Assembly (NCBI GenBank): GCA_002405835.1
Contig: DHMO01000053.1
Location: forward strand, 50,273 to 114,272
Source of the DNA: Lentisphaeria bacterium UBA4640
GTDB lineage: Bacteria > Verrucomicrobiota > Lentisphaeria > Victivallales > UBA1829
DNA length: 64,000 bases
Direction of reading: 5' to 3'
The notes under the pieces were generated by a model that saw nothing but the letters and a program-made list of their open reading frames with translations, was not told the DNA's origin and ran no database searches. Of this stretch, positions 9,834 to 18,644 are shown in pieces. The position numbers and the translations under genes are program-made. Within the stretch, counting starts at the first letter, position 1. The number at the start of each line of letters is the position of its first letter.

Positions 9834-10664
9834 TCAGTTGCCGAAACTGAGCAGTTTCTTCATGAAACCGGCCTTCCGCGGATGCGAAAGAACCGTCAGA
9901 AGAGTATCAACATCAAACTCCAACTGAAGCGTTTTCCCCGCTTTCAGCGGAAACTCCGAACCGGTAAAACGGAACGCTGCATCCTTTGCGGAAACGATCT
10001 CCAGTCCGCCGTGCAGATGCGGCGTTTTCGTCCGCGCATATTCCAGGAACGCAACACCCCAGGTACAGTCCGCGGGAACCGTCGGAGCAACGCTGTCGAC
10101 AATGAATTTCAGCGCCGGATCCGAGTTCTTCAGATTCAGCGGGGAAATCTTGCGGTTTGCCGGACCCGAAAGCGGATGTTTCCGGTTGATCAGCAGTTCG
10201 GAAATGCGGACGTGCTCTTCGCGAAGTCCGGCGCGCAGACTCAGCGTCAGAGGCACACCGCGCTTCAGCGGAACTGCAGGATGTTCCGGATCAAGCTCAA
10301 ACGAACCGTCCGCAGAGGGTACGAAGTCGAAACGGATATTGAACAGCCGTGTTCCATCCGGCATCAGCACCGGACGGAGAACCAGATCCCATGTATAAAG
10401 AGCATACGGCTTCACGCGGTTCTGCAACTCTGTTCCGATCACCTTCATGACAGACAGGTCCGTTTCGCTGAACTTCTGCGGTCTTGCGGAGTCGTCCTTG
10501 CGGAACCAGACACCGCGGTAATCCAGAGCAAACATGCACCACATGATCCCGATCACGACACCGATGAAAAACAGTCCGGCCAGATGCGGCGACGCATAGA
10601 ATATGTACGGAATCATCAGGATCAGGGACGCCTGACCAATCCGCCGGAATGTTGTACGGTTCAT
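9834..10664 (-). CDS. Hypothetical membrane-anchored protein (two N-terminal TM helices plus soluble domain)
   Basis: N-terminus QASLILMIPYIFYASPHLAGLFFIGVVIGIMWCMFAL is hydrophobic. An AAGGA Shine-Dalgarno sequence precedes the ATG. The opposite-strand 805-aa ORF is Arg-rich shadow. I recognise no family. Confidence 0.6.
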   Translation of the reverse strand: MNRTTFRRIGQASLILMIPYIFYASPHLAGLFFIGVVIGIMWCMFALDYRGVWFRKDDSARPQKFSETDLSVMKVIGTELQNRVKPYALYTWDLVLRPVLMPDGTRLFNIRFDFVPSADGSFELDPEHPAVPLKRGVPLTLSLRAGLREEHVRISELLINRKHPLSGPANRKISPLNLKNSDPALKFIVDSVAPTVPADCTWGVAFLEYARTKTPHLHGGLEIVSAKDAAFRFTGSEFPLKAGKTLQLEFDVDTLLTVLSHPRKAGFMKKLLSFGN

Positions 10665-10728
10665 GAAAAAATCCTTGTGTTAAATCTCTGTAAGATACTC
10701 CGTTTTTTCTCAGAATCAAGTCGTTGCA

Positions 10729-10765
10729 GAAAAAAATCTCTCCGGAAAATCTTTCCCGGAGAGAT
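10729..10765 (-). terminator. Rho-independent terminator downstream of the fucosidase gene
   Basis: On the minus strand there is a 10-bp perfect stem, ATCTCTCCGG/CCGGAGAGAT (10756-10765 / 10736-10745), with a 10-nt loop followed by a T run. It starts 10 nt after the stop codon. Confidence 0.65.
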
Positions 10766-10775
10766 TGAGCGTTTT

Positions 10776-12083
10776 TTATTTCAGGAAAAGTTCAATGACG
10801 GGGACTTCAACATTCGGCTTGATGACCGGAAGTTCAAGCGTAAGCGCATTTTCCGGCGTCTTGCTGTTGAGTGCGCCGTGGATTTCCACCTTCTGATCGC
10901 GGAAACGGATTTCGCTGCCGTCGCTCAGAAGCTGTGCGTATGCGACCTTGTCCGCAAGCCCGGGAAGGTGAATGTGCTTGAAGGGCCAGTTCATCAGATG
11001 CAGATAGAGACGGTTAGTCTCCTTGTTATATGTGTAACGGCAATCCTGAGGAGCCTTGATTCCGTCGGGCGCTGCGGCGCAGTTGTAGATCGCGCGGCTG
11101 TGCAGACGCATCCAGGCGGCATAGGCTTTCAGACAGTTCATCGCGCGGTCATCCAGATAGCCGCGGCTTGTGGGGCCGACATTCATCAGAAGGTTGCCGT
11201 TGCGGCTGACATGGTTGATGAGCATGTCGATGCACTGCTTCGGCGACTTCCAGGTCTGTTCATCGCGGAAGTATCCCCAGGAACCGGAGAAGGTCTGACA
11301 ACCCTCCCAGACAAGCGGATTTCCGTCCTTGTCTTTAAGCGGTTCATCCGGCGTGTACTGCTCCGGAGTCTGAATATCTCCTTCATCCGGAAGATCGAGC
11401 CGGTTGTCAAGGATGATGTCCGGCTGGAGCGAGCGGATCATCTTGACCAGCTCTTCGGATTTCCATTCGTTGCGTCCTTTGCCGTGTTCCGGATTTCCGT
11501 CCTCGGAGGGATAGGAGAAGTCGAACCAGAGAATGTCGATTTTTCCGTAGTCGGTGAGAAGCTCGCGGACCTGATTGCGCATGTATTCGGCATAACGTTC
11601 CATGCAGCGGCCTTCATTTCTTTTTTTGCGCTCTTCATCGCTGCTGTCACGGTAAGGTCCGAGCCGGTTGTCGAGGACGTAGTCCGGATGATGCCAGTCG
11701 AGAAGGGAGTAGTAGAAGCCGACGCGGATTCCCTCCGCACGGAAGGCGTCGACGACTTCGCGGAGCAAGTCGCGTCCGGCAGGGGTGTTGGTAACCTTGT
11801 AGTCGGTGTATTTCGTATCCCACATGCAGAAGCCTTCATGATGTTTTGTGGTGATGACGAAATATTTCATTCCGGCTTCACGCGCGGCTTTCGCCCACGC
11901 TTTCGGGTCGAAAAGATCAGGATCGAAACGCTCGAAATACTTCTGATAATCTTCGTCTTTGATCTTCTCGTTGTGGCGGATCCACTCGTGGCGCGCAGGC
12001 ATGGAGTAGAGTCCCCAGTGAATGAACATGCCGAATCTGTCTTTGACGAACCATTTGGTATCGCCGCTTCCGAATTTTCCCAT
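10776..12083 (-). CDS. Alpha-L-fucosidase, GH29 family
   Basis: N-terminal KWFVKDRFGMFIHWGLYSMPA plus HHEGFCMWDT, YYSLLDWHHPDY and DILWFDFS are hallmark GH29 blocks. Confidence 0.9.
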   Translation of the reverse strand: MGKFGSGDTKWFVKDRFGMFIHWGLYSMPARHEWIRHNEKIKDEDYQKYFERFDPDLFDPKAWAKAAREAGMKYFVITTKHHEGFCMWDTKYTDYKVTNTPAGRDLLREVVDAFRAEGIRVGFYYSLLDWHHPDYVLDNRLGPYRDSSDEERKKRNEGRCMERYAEYMRNQVRELLTDYGKIDILWFDFSYPSEDGNPEHGKGRNEWKSEELVKMIRSLQPDIILDNRLDLPDEGDIQTPEQYTPDEPLKDKDGNPLVWEGCQTFSGSWGYFRDEQTWKSPKQCIDMLINHVSRNGNLLMNVGPTSRGYLDDRAMNCLKAYAAWMRLHSRAIYNCAAAPDGIKAPQDCRYTYNKETNRLYLHLMNWPFKHIHLPGLADKVAYAQLLSDGSEIRFRDQKVEIHGALNSKTPENALTLELPVIKPNVEVPVIELFLK

Positions 12084-12217
12084 GATAAGTCTCCTTTTTT
12101 CAACGGGTTCTGTTGTTACGATACAAGACGATATGAAAAAATCAAGTGATTATTCTTTTAAAATAACGGAAATTTTATGAAGAAAATCACCTGTTTATGA
12201 AAAATAGCACTGCGGGC

Positions 12218-12257
12218 TTGACAAATAAACATATTGATATATATTAATATGTCAATA
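12218..12257 (+). promoter_or_regulatory. Candidate sigma70 promoter with overlapping ArsR/SmtB-type operator palindrome
   Basis: TTGACA lies at 12218-12223, with TATATT/ATATTA 16-17 nt downstream. An imperfect inverted repeat TATTGAtATAT-N4-ATATgTCAATA (12232-12257) overlaps the -10, directly upstream of the ArsR-family gene. Confidence 0.4.
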
Positions 12258-12272
12258 AAACAAGGAGGCGAT

Positions 12273-12656
12273 ATGCCGAAGAAAAAAGAAATTGCCGCGC
12301 CGGAGTGCCTCGCTCATCACGGCGATGTCGTAAAAGAGGTGGAAGCCGGATTGACCCAGTCCGAACTGCTCGCGGAAATGGCGGGCTTGTTCAAGGTGTT
12401 GTCCGATCCGACCCGCCTGAAAATTGTCAATGCCCTGCTGCTTGCGGAAATGTGCGTCTGCGACATTACCGCGATGATGCGGATTCCGCAGCCGTCCGTT
12501 TCACATCACCTGAAAGAACTGCGCCTGGCGCGTCTGGTGAAATGCCGCAAGAACGGCAAGGAAATCTATTATTCGCTGAACGACTATCACATTCAGCTGC
12601 TGTTCGACCTGTGCAAGACGCACTCCGCTGAACAGATGCCGAAAGGAGAATGTTGA
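12273..12656 (+). CDS. ArsR/SmtB-family metal-sensing transcriptional repressor (CadC-like)
   Basis: LFKVLSDPTRLKIVNALLLAEMCVCDITAMMRIPQPSVSHHLKELRLARLV is the ArsR wHTH with a CVC alpha-3 metal site. The start is placed at ATG 12273, preceded by AAGGAGG (12262-12268). The track ORF begins earlier, at 12234. Confidence 0.85.
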   Translation: MPKKKEIAAPECLAHHGDVVKEVEAGLTQSELLAEMAGLFKVLSDPTRLKIVNALLLAEMCVCDITAMMRIPQPSVSHHLKELRLARLVKCRKNGKEIYYSLNDYHIQLLFDLCKTHSAEQMPKGEC

Positions 12657-12657
12657 A

Positions 12658-14589
12658 ATGAGCTGCTGCTGTAAAGACTGCTGCGACCACGGTTCTGTTT
12701 CCGCCGAAGAGCGCGAAGCGGGGCTGCTCAGGGATTTTCTGCAGAAATTCACTGCCGACCGTTCGCTTCTGACCGCCTCGGTTCTTTTCCTCGCTCTGAT
12801 GCTGGCCGGCTGTTTCCTTGAACTTCCGAAAGCGGTCCGGTTCGGCGGATACTTTGCCGCGTGGCTGCTGACCGCGTGGAAACTCCTGCCGGAGCTCTGG
12901 GAGGAGTGCAAGGAGAAGAATTTCTTCAATGAATTCACGCTGATGATCATCGCGACCGCCGGAGCATTCTGGCTCGGAGAATATGCGGAAGGCGCGGCGG
13001 TGATTCTTTTCTACTCCATCGGAGAACTCTTTCAGGATCTCGCTGTGGATCATGCTCGCGATTCCGTTCTCAAGATGCTCGACACGAGCGGAGACAGAAT
13101 CCGGGTTCGCCGCAATGGGAAAGAAATGAACGTTTCCGTCAAAGAGGCGCAGCCCGGCGATGTCGTAACCCTCGCTCCGGGCGAAAAAGTCCCGCTCGAC
13201 GGCGAGCTGCTTTCCGGTTCCGCCGTAATGAACACTTCCGCTGTGACGGGCGAATCCCTGCCGGTCGAGATGGAACAGGGCGCAAAACTTTATGCGGGAA
13301 TGATCAACGGCGGCCGCGAATGCGAACTCCGCGTTTCAGCAAGCTGGGAGCAGAGTTCAACCGCGCAGATTCTGCACAACATTGAAGAGGCGTCGGAACG
13401 CAAATCGAAAGTCCAGCGCTTCATCTCGAAAGCAGCGGCAATTTATACGCCGTGCGTAATCGGGCTTGCGGTACTGATTACAGTTGCGCCGGCGCTGTTC
13501 GTGAAGGATTACAGCTTCCCGGTCTACTTCGGACGTGCGCTGATCTTCCTCGTAATCTCGTGTCCGTGCGCACTGGTGGTCTCGGTTCCGCTCGGCTATT
13601 TTGGAGGAATCGGGCTCGCTTCCAAATACGGACTCTTCTTCAAAGGGGCGAACTATCTGGATGTTGTCTCGAAACTCGACTGTGTGGCATTCGACAAGAC
13701 GGGAACGCTGACGAAAGGCGAACTTTCCGTTCAGTCGGCCGAAACGTTCCCCGGCGCGGATTCCTCATGGAGAGCAATGGCGGTTGCGCTGGAATCGAAG
13801 TCGAATCATCCCGCGGCGCTGGCGATTGCGCGTTCCGGAGCGGACCTCGCGGAAGTGCCGCAGACGAGCGGAGTAGAAGAACTGCCCGGCATGGGATTGC
13901 GCGGAACGGTCAACGGAGCGGAGGTTCTGGCGGGCAACCGGAGACTCTTCGACTCGCGCGGCATCGCCCTCCCCGAACAGAAATCCGACCTCAATTGTGT
14001 CTATATCGCGGTCAACGGCAAACCGTCCGGCTGCTTCCTGCTCGATGATACGCTGAAAGAGGAAGCGGAAGACGCCCTGAAGCGTCTGCATGACGAAGGC
14101 ATCCGCTCCGCCCTGCTCTCCGGCGACCGCAAGGCAACGGCGGATCGGGTGGCGAACGCGCTCGGCATTCATGAAGTCCATGCGGAGCTTCTCCCCGGCG
14201 ACAAACGCAGCGCGCTGCGCGACCTGAAGACAAACGCGGGACACATCGCCTTTGTCGGAGACGGCATCAACGATGCGGCGGTTCTGGCGGAATCCGATCT
14301 CGGCATTGCAATCGGCAAAAACGGCAGCGACCTTGCAATTGACGCGGCGGATCTTGTAATCCGCGACGGCGATCTGCTGCGGATTCACCTCGCCATGCGG
14401 ATTGGACGCGCGACCCGCTCGGTGGTGTGGCAGAACATCATTCTCGCCTTCGCCGTAAAAGCCGCTGTTCTGATTCTCGGTGCATGGGGACACGCGACGC
14501 TTTGGGAAGCGGTCTTCGCCGACGTCGGAGTCGCGATTCTCGCCATTCTGAACGCTGTGCGCATTCAGCGGATGAAAATGGATTTATAA
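12658..14589 (+). CDS. Heavy-metal translocating P1B-type ATPase (Zn/Cd/Pb-type signature)
   Basis: TGES (VTGESLP), CPC in TM6 as CPCALVVSVP (CPCx4SxP), DKTGTLT, GDGINDA, and a DVG (DxG) in the last TM. The N-terminus MSCCCKDCCDHGS is Cys-rich and replaces a canonical GMxCxxC HMA domain. Confidence 0.92.
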   Translation: MSCCCKDCCDHGSVSAEEREAGLLRDFLQKFTADRSLLTASVLFLALMLAGCFLELPKAVRFGGYFAAWLLTAWKLLPELWEECKEKNFFNEFTLMIIATAGAFWLGEYAEGAAVILFYSIGELFQDLAVDHARDSVLKMLDTSGDRIRVRRNGKEMNVSVKEAQPGDVVTLAPGEKVPLDGELLSGSAVMNTSAVTGESLPVEMEQGAKLYAGMINGGRECELRVSASWEQSSTAQILHNIEEASERKSKVQRFISKAAAIYTPCVIGLAVLITVAPALFVKDYSFPVYFGRALIFLVISCPCALVVSVPLGYFGGIGLASKYGLFFKGANYLDVVSKLDCVAFDKTGTLTKGELSVQSAETFPGADSSWRAMAVALESKSNHPAALAIARSGADLAEVPQTSGVEELPGMGLRGTVNGAEVLAGNRRLFDSRGIALPEQKSDLNCVYIAVNGKPSGCFLLDDTLKEEAEDALKRLHDEGIRSALLSGDRKATADRVANALGIHEVHAELLPGDKRSALRDLKTNAGHIAFVGDGINDAAVLAESDLGIAIGKNGSDLAIDAADLVIRDGDLLRIHLAMRIGRATRSVVWQNIILAFAVKAAVLILGAWGHATLWEAVFADVGVAILAILNAVRIQRMKMDL

Positions 14590-14591
14590 AC

Positions 14592-15386
14592 TCAAACCCG
14601 GGACGGCGGAACTCCGTAAACCGCACGGAAAACGCGGGAGAAGTAAAACGGGCTGGAAAAACCAAGCCGGTCCGCCGTCTCTTTCACACTCAATCCCTCC
14701 CCCGCCAGCAGGCGGTACGCACGCTGAGCCAGCCGTCTGCGGACATATTCCCCTGGAGTCATGCCAAGCTGTTTCCGGAAAAGCTGATTGATGTATTCCG
14801 GCGCAAAATGGAATTCCCGCGCCAGCGCCATCCGCCCCGGGCGTTCAAGCAGGTGTTCATTCAGATACGCCGTCATCCGCTTTACCGGATCCGCGCCGTT
14901 TCCCCTGACACTTTCGGGAAGAAGCATCCGCAGGAATATTTCGCGGACGAGTCCGGACGCCAGCGCTTCCGTAACGCTTCCCGGAGTCCGGAATGCTTCA
15001 TAAAGCCGCAGAAACAGTGAGTGAAACAGTTCCGGTTCCGCAAGACTGAGTCGGCGCGGCGGGAGCTGAACCGGTTCGCATTCCGCTGTTTCCCCGAAGA
15101 GAAAATGAACACAGCAGAACGAACTTTCCCGTTCCGTCAGAGTCTGTGAAATTTCGATTCCCGGCGGCATGAGGGCGATTTCTCCGGGAGCCAGTACAAA
15201 ATCTTCACCGTCTCCGGATTCATAGCGGATTCCGCCCGCAAGCGTCATCTGAATCTGCCAGTCGATGAATGTACGCTTCTTCCATGCTGTGCAGCGGTTC
15301 TCTTCCGGACGGATGACTGCGACGTAATGGACGACGGGCTGGAGTTCATTCAGGAGGATTTTTCTTTGATTCTTATTTTCGTGCAT
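14592..15386 (-). CDS. AraC-family transcriptional regulator
   Basis: Cupin-like N-terminal half and a C-terminal AraC HTH (LAREFHFAPEYINQLFRKQLGMTPGEYVRRRLAQRAYRLL..., LGFSSPFYFSRVFRAVYGVPPS). It is divergent from a glycosidase gene. Confidence 0.82.
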   Translation of the reverse strand: MHENKNQRKILLNELQPVVHYVAVIRPEENRCTAWKKRTFIDWQIQMTLAGGIRYESGDGEDFVLAPGEIALMPPGIEISQTLTERESSFCCVHFLFGETAECEPVQLPPRRLSLAEPELFHSLFLRLYEAFRTPGSVTEALASGLVREIFLRMLLPESVRGNGADPVKRMTAYLNEHLLERPGRMALAREFHFAPEYINQLFRKQLGMTPGEYVRRRLAQRAYRLLAGEGLSVKETADRLGFSSPFYFSRVFRAVYGVPPSRV

Positions 15387-15478
15387 ATTTTTCTCATTTC
15401 CGGCTATTCCATATTTCTTATTTCAATGTATAATATAGGAACAAAAAAAGAGAAATGCAAGCAGAATGGAGAAAAAAT

Positions 15479-17305
15479 ATGCTGTCATTTGAAAACGGAA
15501 CATTCCATATTCCGGAAACCGGACTCGGCGAAGGGATTCTGTCGTTTGAATTTGAAAATGAAACGATCACAACTGAATCCGCCGTTTGGATACCCTGTGG
15601 CAATTCATGGAAAACGGAATTGAAGAACGGGCTGCAGGTTCAGCTGCAAATCAGCGGAGACATTCTGCATGCTTCGTTCCGCAACGGGATGCAGGAATGT
15701 TTTCTGAAAAAGATTCATCTGGATTTTGCCGCAGGGCTTGACGCGGAAAATTACAGGGAATACACTCATTCGCGTCTTTTCCTCGAACAGGCAAGCGGAG
15801 TGAAGCCGGTTGGAATGTCGACTCCGTTTTTTGAACACAATCCGCCCAGTTACATGGTTTATCTTCTCGTTCCGCGCAACAGCGGAAAGAATTTGCTGTT
15901 CGCGGCGCTTCCGCCGCATCAGGGGGACTTCCTGGTCTTTCAGGCACGGCATGAATCCAGGAGTCTGAACGGGAAATTCGGTCTCTCCGTCACTGTGGAG
16001 GAAGACCGCAGTCTGAAAGCTGGAATGGAGTTCAAACTCTCGCCGGTTCTCTTCCGCGTCTCGGAGAAAAATCCGCTTGAACTGCTGGAGGAGCTCGGAG
16101 ATTCCTATGCGGCTTTGCGGACAGCGCCGCTGAAAGATCGCGCCGTCGGCTGGAATTCATGGGATCAGTTTCATACGGATATTTCCGCTGAAGATGTTCT
16201 CGAAACCCAGAAAAGACTCGATGCTTTTTCCGGGCACAAGGTCCGTTATTATGTCGTTGACGACGGCTGGCAGATAGCCTACGGCGCCTGGATCCCGAAC
16301 CTCAAGTTTCCCGCCGATCTTGCCGAGTTCTGCCGGAAGATAACTGCCGGCGGCGGAATTCCGGGAATCTGGACTGCTCCGCTCTGCGTGGACAACAGGT
16401 ACATGTTCCCGCACGAATGGATCGTTTCGACAACCGACGGACGTTTTGCTCTGGATATTACCCGTCCGGAAGCGGCGGAATACCTGCATTCCGTTTACCG
16501 CCGCCTGCATGATGCAGGATTCCGGTACTTCAAAGTCGATTTCACCAACCGCATTCTCGATGTTCCGCGCTGTCATGACATGAGCATGGGACGCGCCGGA
16601 ATTTTGCGCCGAACTTATGAAATCATCCGTTCGGCGATCGGACCGGAAAGCTACTTCCTCGGCTGCTGCGTCCCGTATGAACCTGCATTCGGGCTCGTCG
16701 ACGCAGTCCGGACCACAGCGGATATTCAAATCTACTGGAGCGCGGTACAGATCAATATGACAAGCGCATCCGCCCGCTGGTGGATGCATCGCAGACTCTG
16801 GAACAACGATTCCGATTTTCTTGTGGTGCGCGGCGAAGAGACTTCCTGTGCGGAGTTTTCGAATCAGTCGCCGTTTGTACCGGGGAAATATGCAAGCGGT
16901 CCGGTACTCACAAAACGGGAAGCGGAATCGCTCGCTCTGGCGCTCTACATGACCGGAGGCGATCTCATGTTCAGCGACAATTTTCTGAAACTGAATGACG
17001 CCGGACGGAAGATTTTGAAAGACACCCTTGCGCTGCCTCCGCTGAACGAGGCGGCGCGTCCGCTGGATCTGTTCTCTGCGCCTGCGGGTAAAATGCCGTC
17101 CGTCTGGTTTGCTCCAGAAGCCGGGAAAGCCGCGGTTTTCAACTGGGGGGAAGAGCCTGCGCAATTTGAACTTGGACCGGCTCTTTTCGGCGGACATCGT
17201 CCCGGAGACTTCTTCTGGAACCGGAAGGAAGCGGAACGAGACCCGGACGGTACTCTCCGAATTGTTCTTGCCCCGCATGAAGCGGCTGGAATTGAAATTC
17301 TTTAA
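15479..17305 (+). CDS. Alpha-galactosidase-like glycoside hydrolase (clan GH-D, GH36/GH27-like)
   Basis: YYVVDDGWQ, FRYFKVDF (KxD nucleophile-type block) and LWNNDSDFLVV (NDPDML-like block). The start is chosen at ATG 15479, with GGAG 7 nt upstream. An alternative ATG lies at 15455. Confidence 0.65.
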   Translation: MLSFENGTFHIPETGLGEGILSFEFENETITTESAVWIPCGNSWKTELKNGLQVQLQISGDILHASFRNGMQECFLKKIHLDFAAGLDAENYREYTHSRLFLEQASGVKPVGMSTPFFEHNPPSYMVYLLVPRNSGKNLLFAALPPHQGDFLVFQARHESRSLNGKFGLSVTVEEDRSLKAGMEFKLSPVLFRVSEKNPLELLEELGDSYAALRTAPLKDRAVGWNSWDQFHTDISAEDVLETQKRLDAFSGHKVRYYVVDDGWQIAYGAWIPNLKFPADLAEFCRKITAGGGIPGIWTAPLCVDNRYMFPHEWIVSTTDGRFALDITRPEAAEYLHSVYRRLHDAGFRYFKVDFTNRILDVPRCHDMSMGRAGILRRTYEIIRSAIGPESYFLGCCVPYEPAFGLVDAVRTTADIQIYWSAVQINMTSASARWWMHRRLWNNDSDFLVVRGEETSCAEFSNQSPFVPGKYASGPVLTKREAESLALALYMTGGDLMFSDNFLKLNDAGRKILKDTLALPPLNEAARPLDLFSAPAGKMPSVWFAPEAGKAAVFNWGEEPAQFELGPALFGGHRPGDFFWNRKEAERDPDGTLRIVLAPHEAAGIEIL

Positions 17306-17319
17306 ACTATAGAGAAAAC

Positions 17320-17345
17320 GCCGGATTGAGAACATTCAATCCGGC
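17320..17345. terminator. Stem-loop between convergent genes (possible bidirectional terminator)
   Basis: Perfect 10-bp inverted repeat GCCGGATTGA-gaacat-TCAATCCGGC between the stop at 17305 (+) and the stop at 17359 (-). T tracts are weak. Confidence 0.4.
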
Positions 17346-17358
17346 GCGGATTCAGAAC

Positions 17359-17922
17359 TCAGCGTTCGGGCTGTGGATGAAACTGACGGTGCGGGTGCTT
17401 GCCGAAAGCCGGCTTGCCGCTGACAATGTCATTGAACTGCTTTTCAATGATTTCCGTCTTGCGGGCTTTTTCCTTTGCAAGCGCGGCGGAATGTTCCGCA
17501 ATCCGCTGTTCACGGGCGGCAACGGCGCTGTCAAAGCGGGCTCCGAGAATTGCAATAATTTCTTTTTTTGCAGCTTCGTCTTTGTTTTTGCGGTACTGAT
17601 CAAGGAGCATGTTGAACTTCTCCATCTCCGCACGGCGTTTGGCGATCTCGGTGCGGCGGAGTTCATCAATCTCCTGCATTTTCTTCATGATCTGCATACG
17701 GACTTCGGGACTGATGAGAGCATCGTCCATTTCCGGACCCGGACGGAAATGGACGTTCCGTTCATCCCCGCGGGAATCCGGACGCGGACAGCGCGGTTTT
17801 TCTTTTTTCATTTTCCGGACTTTGCACTCTTTTTTATCCGGACGCGGAGCCGGTTCCTGTGCGAAAGCGGTTGTGCAGACGGCGGCGGCGCAGACGGCGC
17901 AGATGATGCTGGAAAATCTCAT
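17359..17922 (-). CDS. Hypothetical secreted, highly charged helical protein
   Basis: Signal peptide MRFSSIICAVCAAAVCTTAFAQE. Lys/Arg/Glu-rich helical repeats and a His/Pro-rich tail (GKHPHRQFHPQPER). The family was not recognised, and its resemblance to Spy/CpxP/ZraP-type periplasmic proteins is only general. Confidence 0.55.
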   Translation of the reverse strand: MRFSSIICAVCAAAVCTTAFAQEPAPRPDKKECKVRKMKKEKPRCPRPDSRGDERNVHFRPGPEMDDALISPEVRMQIMKKMQEIDELRRTEIAKRRAEMEKFNMLLDQYRKNKDEAAKKEIIAILGARFDSAVAAREQRIAEHSAALAKEKARKTEIIEKQFNDIVSGKPAFGKHPHRQFHPQPER

Positions 17923-18089
17923 AATCGGAATCTCCTGTTTTTGTTGTTTCTGTTACGAAAGTGAAGCGGCTTCGGTTCATATAACGCATGATTCGAAGAA
18001 ATATTGTGTGATTTGCATAAAATCCCGTCATCGCGCTTGAAAAACGGAACAGCCGTGCTATTTATACTTCATAAAAACGGAGTTTTATC

Positions 18090-18644
18090 ATGCTGTGCGA
18101 CATCTGCAAAAAAAATCCGGCGACCATCCACATTCAGGAAATTGCCGGGAATGAAAAAAAGACTCTTCATCTCTGCCAGGAATGCGCTCAGAAAAAAGCG
18201 CAGGAAGATTCCTCGTTTCAGGCGCTCAATCTTGCGGAGGTGCTTTACAACATATCCAATCAGCTCAATCCGCAGGAGGTGCAGAAACCCGATACGGAAC
18301 ATTCCGGAATTTTCTGTTCCACTTGCGGCTGGGATTATGCGAGTTTCCGGAAGACCGGACGCCTCGGCTGTCCAGACTGCTACAATGCCTTCCGCGACAC
18401 GCTCAAGAGCGTTCTCGGCGCCATGCACCGCGGAACCACGCACACTGGCAAAACCCCGGGCGAATATCACGGTCCGGCACCGGAAAAAGGGGAAATCAAC
18501 TTTGCAGCCCTCCGGAAGGAGCTTGAAAAACTTCAGAACAGTCTCAACGCCGCCGTTGCCAGCGAAGAGTTTGAGCGCGCCGCAATTCTGCGCGACAAAA
18601 TCAACGAACTCAAGGAACAGCTCACCGGAGGAAACGGAAAATGA
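18090..18644 (+). CDS. mcsA: McsA-like activator of protein arginine kinase (zinc-finger plus UVR domain)
   Basis: Two CxxC pairs twice (CDICKK...CQEC; CSTCGW...CPDC) and a C-terminal UVR motif (EEFERAAILRDKINELK). It overlaps mcsB by 4 nt. Confidence 0.8.
   Translation: MLCDICKKNPATIHIQEIAGNEKKTLHLCQECAQKKAQEDSSFQALNLAEVLYNISNQLNPQEVQKPDTEHSGIFCSTCGWDYASFRKTGRLGCPDCYNAFRDTLKSVLGAMHRGTTHTGKTPGEYHGPAPEKGEINFAALRKELEKLQNSLNAAVASEEFERAAILRDKINELKEQLTGGNGK

Noticed and set aside
9732-12149. An 805-aa ORF on the + strand spanning the hypothetical membrane protein and fucosidase genes.
   Set aside because: It is antisense to an unmistakable GH29 fucosidase (FGMFIHWGLYS and other blocks). Its translation is Arg/Leu-rich and low-complexity, with no motifs, which is typical of a shadow ORF in GC-rich DNA.
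17923-18089. Search for a CtsR operator (GGTCAAA-N3-GGTCAAA type heptad repeat) or an RpoH-type promoter upstream of mcsA.
   Set aside because: No GGTCAAA or TTTGACC is present. CTTGAAA at 18036-18042 resembles an RpoH -35, but the downstream sequence (GCTATTTA) does not fit CCCCATNT. Only a weak sigma70-like reading remains.
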